Below, piece after piece: positions 42,270 to 55,687 of a DNA stretch of 64,000 nt. Within the stretch, counting starts at the first letter, position 1. The number at the start of each line of letters is the position of its first letter. The stretch spans positions 4,030,001 to 4,094,000 of the forward strand of contig OX597842.1 in the NCBI GenBank assembly GCA_951406725.2, in the 5' to 3' direction. Under the pieces are notes generated by a model. That model saw nothing but the letters and a program-made list of their open reading frames with translations. It searched no databases and had not been told where the DNA came from. Both the position numbers and the translations under genes were made by a program. Source of the DNA: Octopus vulgaris (lineage: Eukaryota).

Positions 42270-42505
42270 AATCTATACTTATATTTATATTTACTTATAT
42301 TTATATTCTCTTTTTTATATATATTCTACTTATTATACAACATTACTCTTTTATGTACACTTTTTTATGTACATTCCTTTATGTACACTGATTTGTTCTG
42401 CTTTTTATATTTAACCCTACAGTCTCTTATGTGGTGGTTTAATAAAGTATGTGATTGAGTATTATCTGGTAATTGATATTTGATTTAGATGTATTTCCCC
42501 ATTTT

Positions 42506-42557
<52 letters not shown>

Positions 42558-42716
42558 GATAAATATATATATACTATGTATAAATATATATATACATATG
42601 TAGTTGCTGTTCGCATTGCCTCCCCTCGGATTAAAAAGTGTATACAGCTCATTTGAGCATTACTGTTCCAGTCTGTTATATATTTTGAGCGTTGTTGTCA
42701 CTAACTTTATATTTTG

Positions 42717-42756
<40 letters not shown>

Positions 42757-42795
42757 CCATGTACATACAATAGAGAGATGTTTTTGTTTCACTTT

Positions 42796-43147
42796 TAACA
42801 CGTAATACTGAAATAGTGGAGAAGATATGATACTGCTGTAGGCTCGCTCTAGGCAAGAAGTTAAACATTTTTTTCGCCCATGATACTACATGGACCCTAA
42901 GTAAGGCATGTGTAAAATTTGAATGAAACTGGTTCTGTAGTTCTCAAGTTTTGGGGAATCAGAGTGGAGAAAATATGATATTACAGTGGGCTCGCCCTAG
43001 GCAAAAAGTTTAAAAGATTTTTTAATGATGACACTCCCCGGACCCTAAGTAAGACATGTGTGAAATTTGAATGAAATTGGTTGCGTAGTTCTCAAGTTTT
43101 AGGGAAACACACAGACAGACAGACACACATTCTCAGTTTAATATATA
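42796..43147 (-). mobile_element. Helitron-like 5' portion with two ~148-bp internal tandem repeats
   Basis: agtggagaa...ggaccctaagtaag...aaatttgaatgaaa repeated at 42816 and 42963; the end cagacagacacacattctcagtttaatatata resembles the end of 27173-27687. Confidence 0.6.
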
Positions 43148-43157
43148 CATATATATG

Positions 43158-43437
43158 TGGAGGCGCAATGGCCCAGTGGTTAGGGCAGCGGACTCGCGAT
43201 TTCGATTCCCAGACCGTGTTTATTGAGCGAAAACTCCTAAAGCTCCACAAGGCTCCGGCAGGGGGTGGTGACGATCCCTGCTGCGCTCTATCGCCCCAAC
43301 TTTCTCTCATTCTTTCTTCCTGTTTCTTGAGTAACGCTGCGATGAACTGGCGTCCCGTCCAGCTAGGGGGAACACATATGCCATAGAAACCGGGAAACCG
43401 GGCCCATGAGCCTGGCTAGGCTTGAAAAGGGCGCATA
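43158..43437 (+). mobile_element. SINE-C (GTGGAGGCGCAATGGCCCAGTGGTTAG tRNA head)
   Basis: A/B boxes; homologous to 61061. Confidence 0.85.
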
Positions 43438-43789
43438 AATAAAAAAAATATATAGAATAAAGAGAAGAGAAAAAATTAGTAGGAGAGAAAAAATATCGAG
43501 AGGCGAGAGGAGTTACGCCCAGCTGGTTGGATGTCACATCCAAAAAAGACAAAGAGACGGGAAAAGTAGCTTATAATCACGTGTGAGCAACAGGCAGAGG
43601 GGAAGGGGACAAGAGAGAGGAGAAGGGAAAGAAAAAAGGGAGAGATGAGTGATAGAATAAGTACTGGGCTTACAAAGAATAAGTCCCGGGGTCGATTTGC
43701 TCGACTAAAAGGCGGTGCTCCAGCATGGCCGCAGTCAAATGACTGAAACAAGTAAAAGAGTAAAAGAGTAAAAGAGTAAAAGAGTAAAG

Positions 43790-44788
43790 GTCTGGAGAAT
43801 AAGCTGGGTGGGGAAGAACTTCGTAGCTAAGTTCCCTCAACTTCTGGAGCGTCAGTAGTGAAACGTGTGGTCAAACATTGTCAAGAAGAATGATTGGCTC
43901 TCTTCTGTTGACCAGTCTGGGACGGAGAAGTAGCAGTTTTTCGTTCATTTTGGTAATTTCATCGCAATATGTTTCTGCAGTAAGGGTTTTTCCGGGTTTT
44001 AAGAAGTTATAGTGGATGAGTCCAGCAGTACACTACCAAACAGTCACCATAACCTTCTTTTTGAAGAGTTCATCTTTAAGAAAGGATTTCGGTGCTTCAT
44101 TTTGGCCCAACCACTGCGAAGAACGTTTTTTTTTTATTGTACAGAATCTACTTTTCTTCGTAAGTTACAATACAATCAAGGAATGGGTCGGTCTAGTTAC
44201 GGAGAAGCGACGAGCAAATTTAATATCTGCGCATTTTATGGCTTTTAATTCAAATCGTGTGGTACCCATTTGTCAAGCTTTTTCTGATTTTCCGATCTCA
44301 TGCAAATGTTTGCAGGCAGTTTTCTGGCTAACTTGAAGTTCTTTTGCCAATACTCGAGTGGTTTTACGTGGATCTTTCTCAATGACGGTCTTTAATTGAC
44401 CGACATCGATGACAGATGGGCGTCCACTACGCTCGCGATGTTCAAGACTCATGTCTCCACTGCGAAATAGTTTAAACCCTTTTCGCGCTGACCACTTACT
44501 GGTCATGTCTTCACCAAATGTTTTGTTGATATCGCGAGCAGCTTCAACTGCTTTCCGTCCTTTTTTTTTTTGAAGTTGAATAGCAAAATTGTTTGAACAT
44601 CGCCCTTTGACAGTTCCATTTCAGATGATTGTAACAACGGTGAAAAAAATATCAAAATCAATTTATTGATGCATTTGGGCAATCTATGTCTATTATCAGA
44701 CAATTGCAAAACAATGTTTAAAAAATCTTTAAAACTCTGCAAAAATCCGGTACAAATTCTTTAAAACGTTGCTAACTTTTTACTCGAC

Positions 44789-44793
<5 letters not shown>
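43790..44793 (-). mobile_element. Decayed mariner transposon (5' TIR present, 3' end cut by a SINE-A tail)
   Basis: MELSKGDVQTILLFNFKK, FRSGDMSLEHRERSGRPS, ILLDN..PH...YEVLPHPAYSP; TIR-like tatcaggtcgagtaaaaagttag. Confidence 0.88.
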
Positions 44794-44833
<40 letters not shown>

Positions 44834-45905
44834 GAATGTTTGAAAATGCAATTTTAAAGATGTTTATTCACTTGACCGGTGTCACTTTTTTAGAAAAAGA
44901 TTGTCAAAAGTAACATGTAAAAACTTTGTATAAGCTTTGTTGTGTTAAGTACTGGTTGTCACAAAATATTACAATACATATATACATTCTTTGATAATAA
45001 TAAGAAAATGTTAAAAACAGTTTACAAGAAAATATTTAAAAAGATATTCAACAAAAAGTATTAGGAGTTCAATAAAAATCATGTTTGTTTGGTAGCGTGC
45101 AGCCATTTCACACAGTTCCGCCAATTTGTGGTAGCTGGCAATATGATGTAATGCTGTATTTCCGAAGAAATATGATTGTCGTTTTCCCATTGGTTGAAAT
45201 AACTGCTCATATAAGAATTCCGAAAATTAGTTAAAGAATATTTTTATGTGATTTGAATTCTTTAAAGTCAAGTTGAGCAGTTATAAAGACCCTGGATTTG
45301 GGGGAAAACCTAAGTATTTGTGGGATGTTACTAAACTCTACGACACTCACTCCTTTGAAACATTGGCTATTTTTATGCCATGTCTATGAAAAATCCAGCA
45401 AGACTTATTTGAATTGTTGAGAACTATTATAGTTAGTATGAAGAATTAGCTAGTGTGACTTTTAAGTCGTAATTCTCTACAACAAAATTACTTAACTTTC
45501 AAATTGTATTATAAATGCTAAAAATACTAAATGTACATAAATAAAGTAATGTAGTAATTATTTTCTCTTTCTTCACGTTTTTCAACTTATTAATGAAATT
45601 TATTTCTGTAATTATGAAACTGTATTTTTTTATAGTGGTAAAAAGGACACGAATTTATTTATCTTCAACATATATGCACGCATAAAATATCCGTTAGCGT
45701 CTCAGAGAATATATTTCTCGCTATGGCGTTTATGTAGCTGGAGTCAGGATTTACGTATAATGATAACACTTATAAGTAAGTCATAAGTGATGTATTTATC
45801 AATATATATGCCTACTTCAAAAGTAAAATATATTTATTATCTATTTCCAAATAGGAAACATATAAAAGTAGCGTTACACTAACAGTAAACAAAAACCCCG
45901 CTATA

Positions 45906-45993
<88 letters not shown>

Positions 45994-46138
45994 GGAGATA
46001 TATTAAAGAATTTACAAAAGATTTGAGAGGAACCAACCTGTTTTCTGGCAATTTTTATTTTGTGTGTAGCTAAGGAATGTTTACTATTTTAAGCGACAGT
46101 GTGGGAGGTTGGTTGGGGTATATATATATATATATATA

Positions 46139-46474
46139 CAGTAATCTCTCGACTATCGCAGTTGTTGCGTTCTAAAAGCCCCCGCGATAGGTGAACATCC
46201 GAGAAGTAGAAACAGTACACTACTCTACTTTTGTTCTTTAACTCTTTCATTTGTTCCAGGCATTTGACTGCGGCCATACTGGAGCACCGCCTTTAGTCGA
46301 ACGAATCGACCCTTAGACTTATTCTTTGTAAGCCTAGAACTTATTCTATAGGCGAACTTTCGCCGAACTGTTAAGTTGCGGGGACGTAGACACGTCACTA
46401 TCGGTTGTCAACCGATGGTGGGGGGACAAACACAGACATTCAAACACACATATATACATACATACATACATACA

Positions 46475-46508
<34 letters not shown>

Positions 46509-46530
46509 CATACATACATACATACATACA

Positions 46531-46564
<34 letters not shown>

Positions 46565-46598
46565 CATACATACATACATACATACATACATACATACA

Positions 46599-46634
<36 letters not shown>

Positions 46635-47851
46635 TTTATCTATTTCCACACGGAAAGGTTAGCTCCTACACACATTTTTTCTCTCCTTGTTTTTTTCCGT
46701 GTATCTTTCTGTCGAAGAGCGTAGGCTCGAAACGTAAAAGACTTGTGCTATTTCTATTCCTGAGTGCCATACTAATATATTTGTTTGTTTGTACTCTACC
46801 TGCCTTCGACTTTTGTTTATTTTCGTAAACCTTCCCGTTATTTATATATATATATAATATAATATAATATAAATAATATATATTTATGCATATATACATA
46901 TGTATATGTACATACTTACATCTATACCTATAAATATATGCATATGTAGGCACAGGACGTCACGAAACGTGTACAACAAAAAATATACGAAGTACGAGTA
47001 CATGGAATATGAACTATTTTTTCGCACAACGAAAGACACTAATAGAAAACAAGACAAACAAAAGAAGAAACGATCCTTCATCAGTTGTTGGCTGTTTTTC
47101 TACTCTCATATTTCGAGCATTTAACAAGAAGATACGCTTTCGAAAAAACAACTGCTCCCGCAAAGCAACTTAAATTAAATTAGGGATTTTGCGGAAGATC
47201 AAAATTGGTAACACAAACAGGACAGTGAAAACAAACGGGAAGGGCTGCTAAGCCTAAACGAGGTTGTAGTGGCGAACGCGTAAATCAAGCTTGGACAGGA
47301 GACAAACAAGAACACGTCTTCCTTGATCCAGCTACAACGGAAAGAAAGAAACACAAGTTGGGAGAAGAAAGAAAGATGGCCAATGGTCGTGTGGGGGCTA
47401 CGTGAGCAAGAGAGGAAGAGTGAGGGAGAGAGTAATAGACAGAGAACTGTGAGGGGAGATTGAAAAACCTGGAGATAGGATAAGTGAGAAAAAACAGGAA
47501 GGGAAGAAGGGGAGAAAGGAAAAACGGACTTCTTTCTGTTTCTTTCTACCAAATCCACTGACAAGGCTTTGGTCAGCCCGAGGCTATAGTAGAAGACACT
47601 TAGTAGAAGACCAATGTGCCAAGCAGCGGGACTGAACACGGAGCCATGTGGTTGGTAAGCAAGCTACTTACCACACAGCCACTCCTGCGCCTGAATATAT
47701 TGTTTTAGTTTTATTAATTGTATATATTTATTTTATTATAAATGCAGAACACCACGGAGGAATCGACGAAAGCTTATATAATATACCGCGATAGGTGAAC
47801 CGCGATAGGTGAACCGCGATAGGTGAACCGCGATATAGTGAGGGGTTACTG
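46139..47851. mobile_element. pogo/Tigger-like MITE expanded by nested insertions
   Basis: Ends CAGTAATCTCTCGACTATCGC and cgcgatatagtgaggggttactg; subterminal ccgcgataggtgaa once on the left and three times on the right. Confidence 0.7.
46704..46741 (+). ncRNA. Minimal hammerhead motif, CUGUCGA (A6U) variant
   Basis: UCUUU CUGUCGA A GAGC guag GCUC GAAA CG UA AAAGA; palindromic ACGU stem III. Confidence 0.65.
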
Positions 47852-47950
47852 TGTATATACCTATGCATATATATATGTATATATATATATATGTATGTAT
47901 ACATACATATACATACATATACATACATATATATACATATATATATATAC

Positions 47951-48039
<89 letters not shown>

Positions 48040-48927
48040 GTATATACATATATACATATATACATATGTATACATATATAAACACTCACATACACACACA
48101 CACATATATATCTATAAATATTCATATATATGTATGAACACACAAATGTACATCCATTTAAAAGTGTATGTTTAGACACACGCACAAATGTACATCGAAA
48201 CATACATGTGTGTGTGTTGTGTGTGTACACAAATACACATATACATATATATATTCCACTCCCTGTTGACTTTCTCCATCTATTTTTACTCCACACTCAG
48301 ACAATCACCTTTATTCACAAAATGTATATAAAACAACACACTATAAACAATGGCTGCCAGGAGACGTCTGCCTTCTTTCAATTTTGATTCGCAATCTCTC
48401 CTCCAAATCACACTTTGGCTGACCCCAGAGACTTTACTAATGGTATGTATCTATCGATATCTTTCCTGTCCCGTCATTTCGTCTCAGGGCCCCTTCATTT
48501 TCCTTTCACTGAAACTTATTTATACATACATATATACAGACGCATACACATACATTCTCTAATATATATACACTTAAATTTGTATTATATATGTATATAT
48601 GTAAATGCGTATGCATTTATGTATCCATGGATAAGTTATATATGTATGTGTACCTATACGCACAAACGACATAGAGATGTACGTGAGTGTATGTATGAAT
48701 ATTTGCATATAAAATATATATATATATACATATATATTAAATATGTATATGTATATTCAATATATATATACTTAGATATATAGATATGTATGCATATTAA
48801 CATAGACACACTCACACACATGTTTGTGTATGTGTAAGTATGAGTTTTAATTTATGTATGTATATTGATGGATGCACTTACACACACAAACACACACACG
48901 TGTATATATGCATATATACAGATGAAC

Positions 48928-49011
<84 letters not shown>

Positions 49012-49132
49012 AAATGGTAAAAACATTAATTGATTTTACTAGGGGGGGAGGCAGCGCGGGAATAAGAACCTTAAAGGTAAATTTTGCAATTATTTTGATT
49101 ATTGTATATATAATTATATATATAATTATAAC

Positions 49133-49362
49133 AAGGCAGCGAGCTGGCAGAAACGTTAGCACGCCGGGCGAAATGCGTAGCCGTATTTCGTTTGCCGTTA
49201 CGTTCTGAGTTCAAATTCCGCCGAGGTCGACTTTGCCTTTCATCCTTTCGGGGTCGATAAATTAAGTACCAGTTACGCACTGGGGTCGATGTAATCGACT
49301 TAATCCCTTTGTCTGTCTTAGTTTGTCCTCTCTGTGTTTAGCCCCTTGTGGGTAGTAAAGAA
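49133..49362 (+). mobile_element. SINE-B full-length with 15-bp TSD
   Basis: atatataattataac at 49118-49132 and 49363-49377. Confidence 0.93.
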
Positions 49363-49371
49363 ATATATAAT

Positions 49372-49851
49372 TATAACGAGGGATTGGCTACAAGCCTCTC
49401 CACGCGCTAGAAAAATAGACGCCAAAAGACGCTAAACGCTATCACTACTTCAAGAGCTCCGAGAGTAAAACATTGGGCTGCAGTCGGGCGAAAGAGAGAT
49501 GATGAATTAAACTCTTGCTTAGCTGTGTACAAGATCCTGTTTCAAGCTTAAAGTAAAAAGTTATTCCATACAGTTCTCATCTACACATACGTATACGAGC
49601 AGCTCGTATGTGTAAGATAATCGTAAATTTATACTATGGAATATCGTTGCTAATGAGAGCAGTGATATCTTATTACTATAAAGCTTGAAACAGGATCTTG
49701 TACACGGTTAACCTAAAGTTTGATTCATTATCTTTCTTTTGCTCAACTACAGCCCAGGGCTTTATTCTCGGAGTTCTTGATGTGGTAATAGCGTCTTCTG
49801 ACGTCTATTTTTCCAGCGCGTGGTGAGGCTTATAGCCAATCCCTTGTTATA
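49372..49851. mobile_element. ~480-bp fold-back element containing a G5A-mutated hammerhead (49645-49707, +)
   Basis: Arms are complementary over ~185 bp, centred on atacgagcagctcgtat. CGUUG CUAAUGA GAGC..GCUU GAAA CAGGAUCUUG UA CACG. Confidence 0.88.
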
Positions 49852-49880
49852 AAAATGCATATAATTATTAAAATACATAC

Positions 49881-49944
<64 letters not shown>

Positions 49945-50041
49945 CATACATACACACACATATGTATATGTATATATATATATATAAATACAAAATGGGA
50001 CAAGAACGCAAAACATCCAGAAGACTATACAAAAAACACGG

Positions 50042-50139
50042 CGGGTCATTCGAAGCCTTTAATCTTCAGTCAAGAACCGAGCCGAAATTGCGAGGATGAT
50101 CCGATTCTTGACTGAAGATTAAAGGCTTCGAATGACCCG
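50042..50139. repeat. Perfect 35-bp inverted repeat within the ACAAAATGGGACAA family
   Basis: cgggtcattcgaagcctttaatcttcagtcaagaa and its exact reverse complement. Confidence 0.9.
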
Positions 50140-50235
50140 TATAAGAATTTTTCTCAGACATTACTACAGCAAAGGTCCCTCACACTTAAGAGTACACGAA
50201 CGCGTTAAATGCAAACATTCACCATTTTGTTTGCG

Positions 50236-50315
<80 letters not shown>

Positions 50316-50513
50316 TATACGTACACAATTTTATGTGTGTGTGTGTGTAATGCTTATATATGCATATAGCAAAACAAAACATGATTGGTTTTAACGCATT
50401 TAGTTATAACGTACAACGTATGTTTCATTAACAATGGCGAATGATTGTTAGTTATATAATATACAATTAACGAAAAAATAGTACCTAATCTTCAGAGATG
50501 TGTATCACATATG

Positions 50514-50545
<32 letters not shown>

Positions 50546-50686
50546 CCAACGAAACGAAACCAACATGAGCTACAAAATTTACCACGTAGGAATGCTAGCA
50601 GTTCCGTTAGACCGTCCGATGTCGCTGATCGTATTGGTGTAACGGGTGAGTTTTTTTCCCCTAACATTTCTAGATCTATAGGAAAT

Positions 50687-50744
50687 ATTATATTGACAAG
50701 GAAATGAACCTTCGGTTCTAATCCAGAAACGAGTCGTCTATAAT
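50687..50744 (+). ncRNA. Type I hammerhead, U3:A8 core variant
   Basis: AUUAUA UUGACAA GGA aau GAACC uuc GGUUC uaa UCC A GAAA CGA G UCG UC UAUAAU. Confidence 0.72.
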
Positions 50745-50919
50745 TAATCCATAGGCTGGGATTTCGTTATTTTCTGCCTTTTTTGCCATATACAGCTTAC
50801 AAATTCTGTTTGTTTGTGGAGACTTTTTACTAGTAGAGGAAATAGTGATCAATTTTGGCTGCTATTTCTAATATTTTCGGTATGTGGTTTTGAGCAACTT
50901 GTTGCATTTAACCCTTAAT

Positions 50920-50961
<42 letters not shown>

Positions 50962-51449
50962 TAGTTCGCCCTTTCCATAACGCAGGTTACCAGTTTCACC
51001 TCTAGTTCAATAAATATACCCATATTTATCACAAAGAAGGTAAACAACGTTATTCGGGAAGACAACCTCCCCTGTACTCGACCATTCAGAGAACAGAATT
51101 CATGTGTATTCACCAAAAGAAGTTTCCGATAATGGCTAAATGGCTAAATTGATCTTTGATACTATCATTGGATTGACAGCATTCTATCTGCTGCCAATCC
51201 AATGTTGACTTCGAATTCAATACAGAAGATCTGTTGTTAGTGTTGTAGGGATTCGTACAGAGTACTCCGTTGTTTGTGCGTTCGGTGTACGTTCACATAT
51301 GTTGATACATGCACAAACTTCGCATGCATACACACATGTTGTCGAGTGCACACGTACGTGTAGATGTGCATACATGAATTTGTGTATATATGTATATATG
51401 CGTGTGGTCATGCGACCATATACGAATATTTATGTATGTTGCTAAATAC

Positions 51450-51544
<95 letters not shown>

Positions 51545-51794
51545 TATACATATACATATATATATATGCTTTTATTCTTTTACTTGTTTCAGTCATTTCA
51601 CTGCGGCCATGCTGAAGCACCGCCTTTCGTCGAGCAAATCGACCCCAGGACTTATTCTTTGAGCCCAGTACTTATTCTTTTGGTCCCTTTTGCCGAACCG
51701 CTAAGTTACAGGGACGTAAATACACCAGCATCGGTTGTCAAGCGATGTTGGGGGGACAAACACAGACACACAGAGATACGTATATATATCATGG

Positions 51795-53320
51795 CCGTAA
51801 CTACTATTCTATACTTTAGATAATGTAGTCCAAGATACACTATGTCACAATAAAAGATGGGATGGTCATGGCTGGAACTTCTTTGATCATAGGCCTCCCA
51901 GGTCAATACTGACCTGGGGCTAAACAACAACCGCAACTAAAACTACTATAAAATAAATATTTCCTTCTCGAGCCATGCCAGGCTCGTTAAGGTCTGGTTT
52001 CCCGGTTTAAGTGGCGTAAAAATTCCCCACCTGGACAGGACGCCGATCCGTCGCAGGATCATTCATTTTTGCCAGCTGAGTGGACTGGAGCAACGTGAAG
52101 TGAAGTGTTTTGCTCAAGAACCTCGCCCGGTCCAGGAATCGAAACCACAGTCTTACGACCATGAGTCCAACATCCTCACCACTAAGCCATGTGCCTCCAC
52201 TAACTACTATACATTAAATAGTGTAGTCCTAGATACACTATGCCTTGTTAAAAGATGGGATGATCACAGCGGGAACATATTTGATCAAAGACCCGATGCT
52301 GATTTGATCAAAGACCTGCTAACAGCTGTACGGTACATTAGGTAATGTAGTCCTCGATACACTATACCTGATCAAAAGAGGATGTGGTCACGTCTGGAAT
52401 TTCTTTGATCATATGTCTACTGCATTAGAACTGACCTGGGACTGAACAACAAAAACAGTCATAGCCACTAATACTAACAACTATACTGTACATTAGAGAA
52501 TGTAGTCCTAGGTACACTATGCCTGAATATAAGACGGAATGGTCACTACTGAAACATCTTTAATCATAGGTCTCCTAGAACAGGACTGACCTAGGGCTGA
52601 ATAACAACAGCTATAGCCACTAATATTCCTTTACTATATATTATAGGCGCAGGAGTGGATGTGTGGTAAGTAGCTTGCTTACCAACCACATGGTTCCGGT
52701 TTCAGTCCCACTGCGTGGCACCTTGGGCAAGTGTCTTCTACTATAGCCTCAGACCGACCAAAGCCTTGTGAGTGGATTTGGTAGATGAAAACAGAAAGAA
52801 GCCTCTCGTATATATGTATGTGTGTGTGTGTGTGCGTGTGTATATGTTTGTGTGTCTGTGTTTGTCCCCCCAACATCGCTTGACAACCGATGCTGATGTG
52901 CTTACGTCCCCGTAACTTAGCGGTTCGGCAAAAAGAGACCGATAGAATAAGTACTAGGCTTACAAAGATTAAGTCATGGGGTCGATCTGCTCGACTAAAG
53001 GCGGTGCTCCAGCATGGCCGCAGTCAAATGACTGAAACAAATAAAAGAAAGAAAGAAAGAAAGAAAGAAAGAATTACATAACGTAGTCCTAGATACACTA
53101 TGCCTGAATAAAAGATGGGATGGTCATTGCAGGAACGTCTTGGTTCATAAGTTTGCTGGATTAGGACACCTATAGCCACCAATACTCACTACTATACTGT
53201 ACATCAGGTAATGTAGTCCTAGATACACTATGCCTGAATAAAAGATGGGATGGTCAGAGTTGGAACATCTTTGATCATGGGTCTACTGAATCAAGCCTGA
53301 CCTAGGGTTAAACAACAGCA
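51795..53320 (+). repeat. Degenerate ~135-bp tandem repeat (~6 units) interrupted by SINE-D (51962-52200, -) and SINE-A (52645-53075, +)
   Basis: Recurrent taatgtagtcctagatacactatgcctgaataaaagatgggatggtca...gacctggggctaaacaac. Confidence 0.85.
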
Positions 53321-53599
53321 AATAACAAACACGGCAACGACCAAACGATGGCAAAACTCCCCAAAACAGACCCAAGAAATTTGATCCGCGCCATGGCTCC
53401 AACACACAGACACAAATTGGAAGAACGGCAGCAGCGGCGAAAAACTGTCTGCGATCGATGAGAATAATGGAATAATAGAATAATAGAATTTCAGTTGACG
53501 GCGTTTTACGCCTCTTTGGAAACAGTTCTATCGAATCAGCGAAAACATAATTGAATTGGCTATCGTCGTCGTAGTCATCGTCGTCATCGTAGTTGTCGT

Positions 53600-53708
53600 C
53601 CTTTTTCTGTCTAATCTTTTCTGTCTTCTGTATTCTCCTGTTTTCAGTCTTTGCCTGCCTTCTTTTCTCTTTCTTTCTTACTTTCTTTCTTTTTTTCTCC
53701 TTTCCCTC

Positions 53709-53790
<82 letters not shown>

Positions 53791-53828
53791 GTCTTTCTTT
53801 CTTTCTTTCTTTCTTTCTTCTTTCCCTC

Positions 53829-53862
<34 letters not shown>

Positions 53863-54174
53863 GTCTTTCTTTCTTTTTTCTTCTTTCCCTCCTTTCTTTC
53901 TTCCTTTCTTTCTTTCATTCTTTTTTCCATTTCCTTCATTCTTTCTTTTTCTTCTTTTTTTTTTTGCTTTCGTTTTCTTTCTTCTTTCCTTCCTTCCTTT
54001 CTTTCTTTATTTCTTTCTTTTTCTTCTTTTCTTTCTTTCATTCTTTTTTCCATTTCCTTAATTCTTTCTTTCTTTTTCTTCCATTCTTTCTTTTTCTTCC
54101 TTGCTTTCGTTTTCTTTTTCTTTCTGTCTTTCTGTCTTTCTTTCTTTCTTCTTTCCTTTCATTCATTCATTCAT

Positions 54175-54211
<37 letters not shown>

Positions 54212-54251
54212 TTTCCCTCCTTTCTTTCTTTCTTTCTTTCTTCTTTCCCTC

Positions 54252-54290
<39 letters not shown>

Positions 54291-54310
54291 TCGCCCTGTA
54301 TTCCTTTATT

Positions 54311-54345
<35 letters not shown>

Positions 54346-54900
54346 TTTCGTTATATATCTACTTTCTTCCTCCTTTTTCTCTCGCTTTCCTTCTTTCTTT
54401 TTTCCTCCCATTTTGTCGTTCTCCCTCCCCTCCCCTGTTCCTTTTCTTTCTTTCTTCCTTCCTCCCTTTCTCTCCTTTCTTTCATTGTTTTTCCATTCTT
54501 TCTCTCTTTCTTTCTCTCCTTTATTTCACCCTTTCTTTCTATCCATGTTTCTTTTTTCTTTCTACTTTTCTCTCATCTTTCCTTCTTCCTTTCTTCTTCC
54601 TTCCTTCCTTTCTTTCTCTCTCATTCCTTCTTCTGTTCTTTGTTCCTTCCTTTCTTTCCTTCTCTCTTTCACTCTTTTTTCTTCCTTTCCGCTGTTTTCA
54701 TTTTCTTTCTTTATTCTTTCATTTTTCCATTATTTCATATATTTCTTCTCTCTCTCTCTCTTCTTCCTTTCTTTCGTTCATTGCTTTCTTGTCCTTCTAC
54801 TTGGTTGTTGTTCTTGGTGTTGTTAGTGCTGCTGCAGTTGTTGTTGTTGTAAACTTTAATGTTCCTCCTCATCTTCCTCCTCTTCCCTCTCCTCCGCCTT
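53600..54900. repeat. Polypyrimidine (TTTC/CT)n tract
   Basis: Directly visible. Confidence 0.95.
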
Positions 54901-55129
54901 CATCTATCGATCGATCGATCGATCTTTGATAATAAAGCTGATTTGATCAGGGTAGACCCGAGATTAGACATTAACAACTATTCTTCTTTTTTTACGTGGT
55001 CAGTCACCAGACTGCGGCCATGCTGGGGCTCTGCCTTGAAAAATTTTACTGGAACGAATCGACCCCAAAACTTATTTTTATTTTTAAGCCTGGTACTCAT
55101 TCTATCAGTCTCCTTTGCCGAACCACTAA

Positions 55130-55685
55130 GTTCTTTTTTAATCTAAAATATACTCTCCTTTATTTTGTACAATACTCTTCCACCTCATCTACTAGACTTG
55201 CAAGGCCCCCTCTTTCAAAATTCACTTGACCGTGACGTAAAATACTCCTCCAATACTGATCTGACCTCGTCTATAGAATTCATATTTTTTCCGTCCAAAT
55301 GAAGAGAACGGAATAAATGATAATCAGATGGGGCAATGCCTGGCGAATATGGTGGGTGGGGCATCATTTCCCATTCAATCTGCTCCAGCCTTTGGAATGT
55401 CATCCTCACTGTATGTGATTGAGCATTATCCTCATGAAAGAACACCTTTCGTCTTGAAACCAAAGATGGTCGTTTTCCTTCTTGTGCTGGTGTCGATGAA
55501 TGGTTGAATGACCAAATCCAAGTTTCTCTGCGAGTTCCTCAACAGTTATGATGGGATTTTCTTCCACCACGGCTTGCAGGTTGTCCTCACCGAGCTCTAC
55601 AGATCTTCCTGGACGAGGCTCGTCTTCTAGGCTGTAGTTTCCGGCTCAGAATTTCTGGAACCACCGTTGACACTGGCTTATGCTT
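55130..55685 (-). mobile_element. Internally deleted mariner transposase remnant
   Basis: FHEDNAQSH...WEMMPHPPYSPGIAPSDYHLFRSL and upstream SLEDEPRPGR. Confidence 0.88.
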
Positions 55686-55687
55686 TA

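Noticed and set aside
51166-51204. 16-bp hairpin as possible pre-miRNA
   Set aside because: Too short, no recognisable mature miRNA, and no read evidence.
51795-53320. CRISPR-like spaced repeats
   Set aside because: The units are long and diverged with no unique spacers or cas genes, and the context is eukaryotic.
53283-54929. ORFs of 256-457 aa (FLS- or ERK-rich)
   Set aside because: The (TTTC)n tract lacks stop codons by composition.
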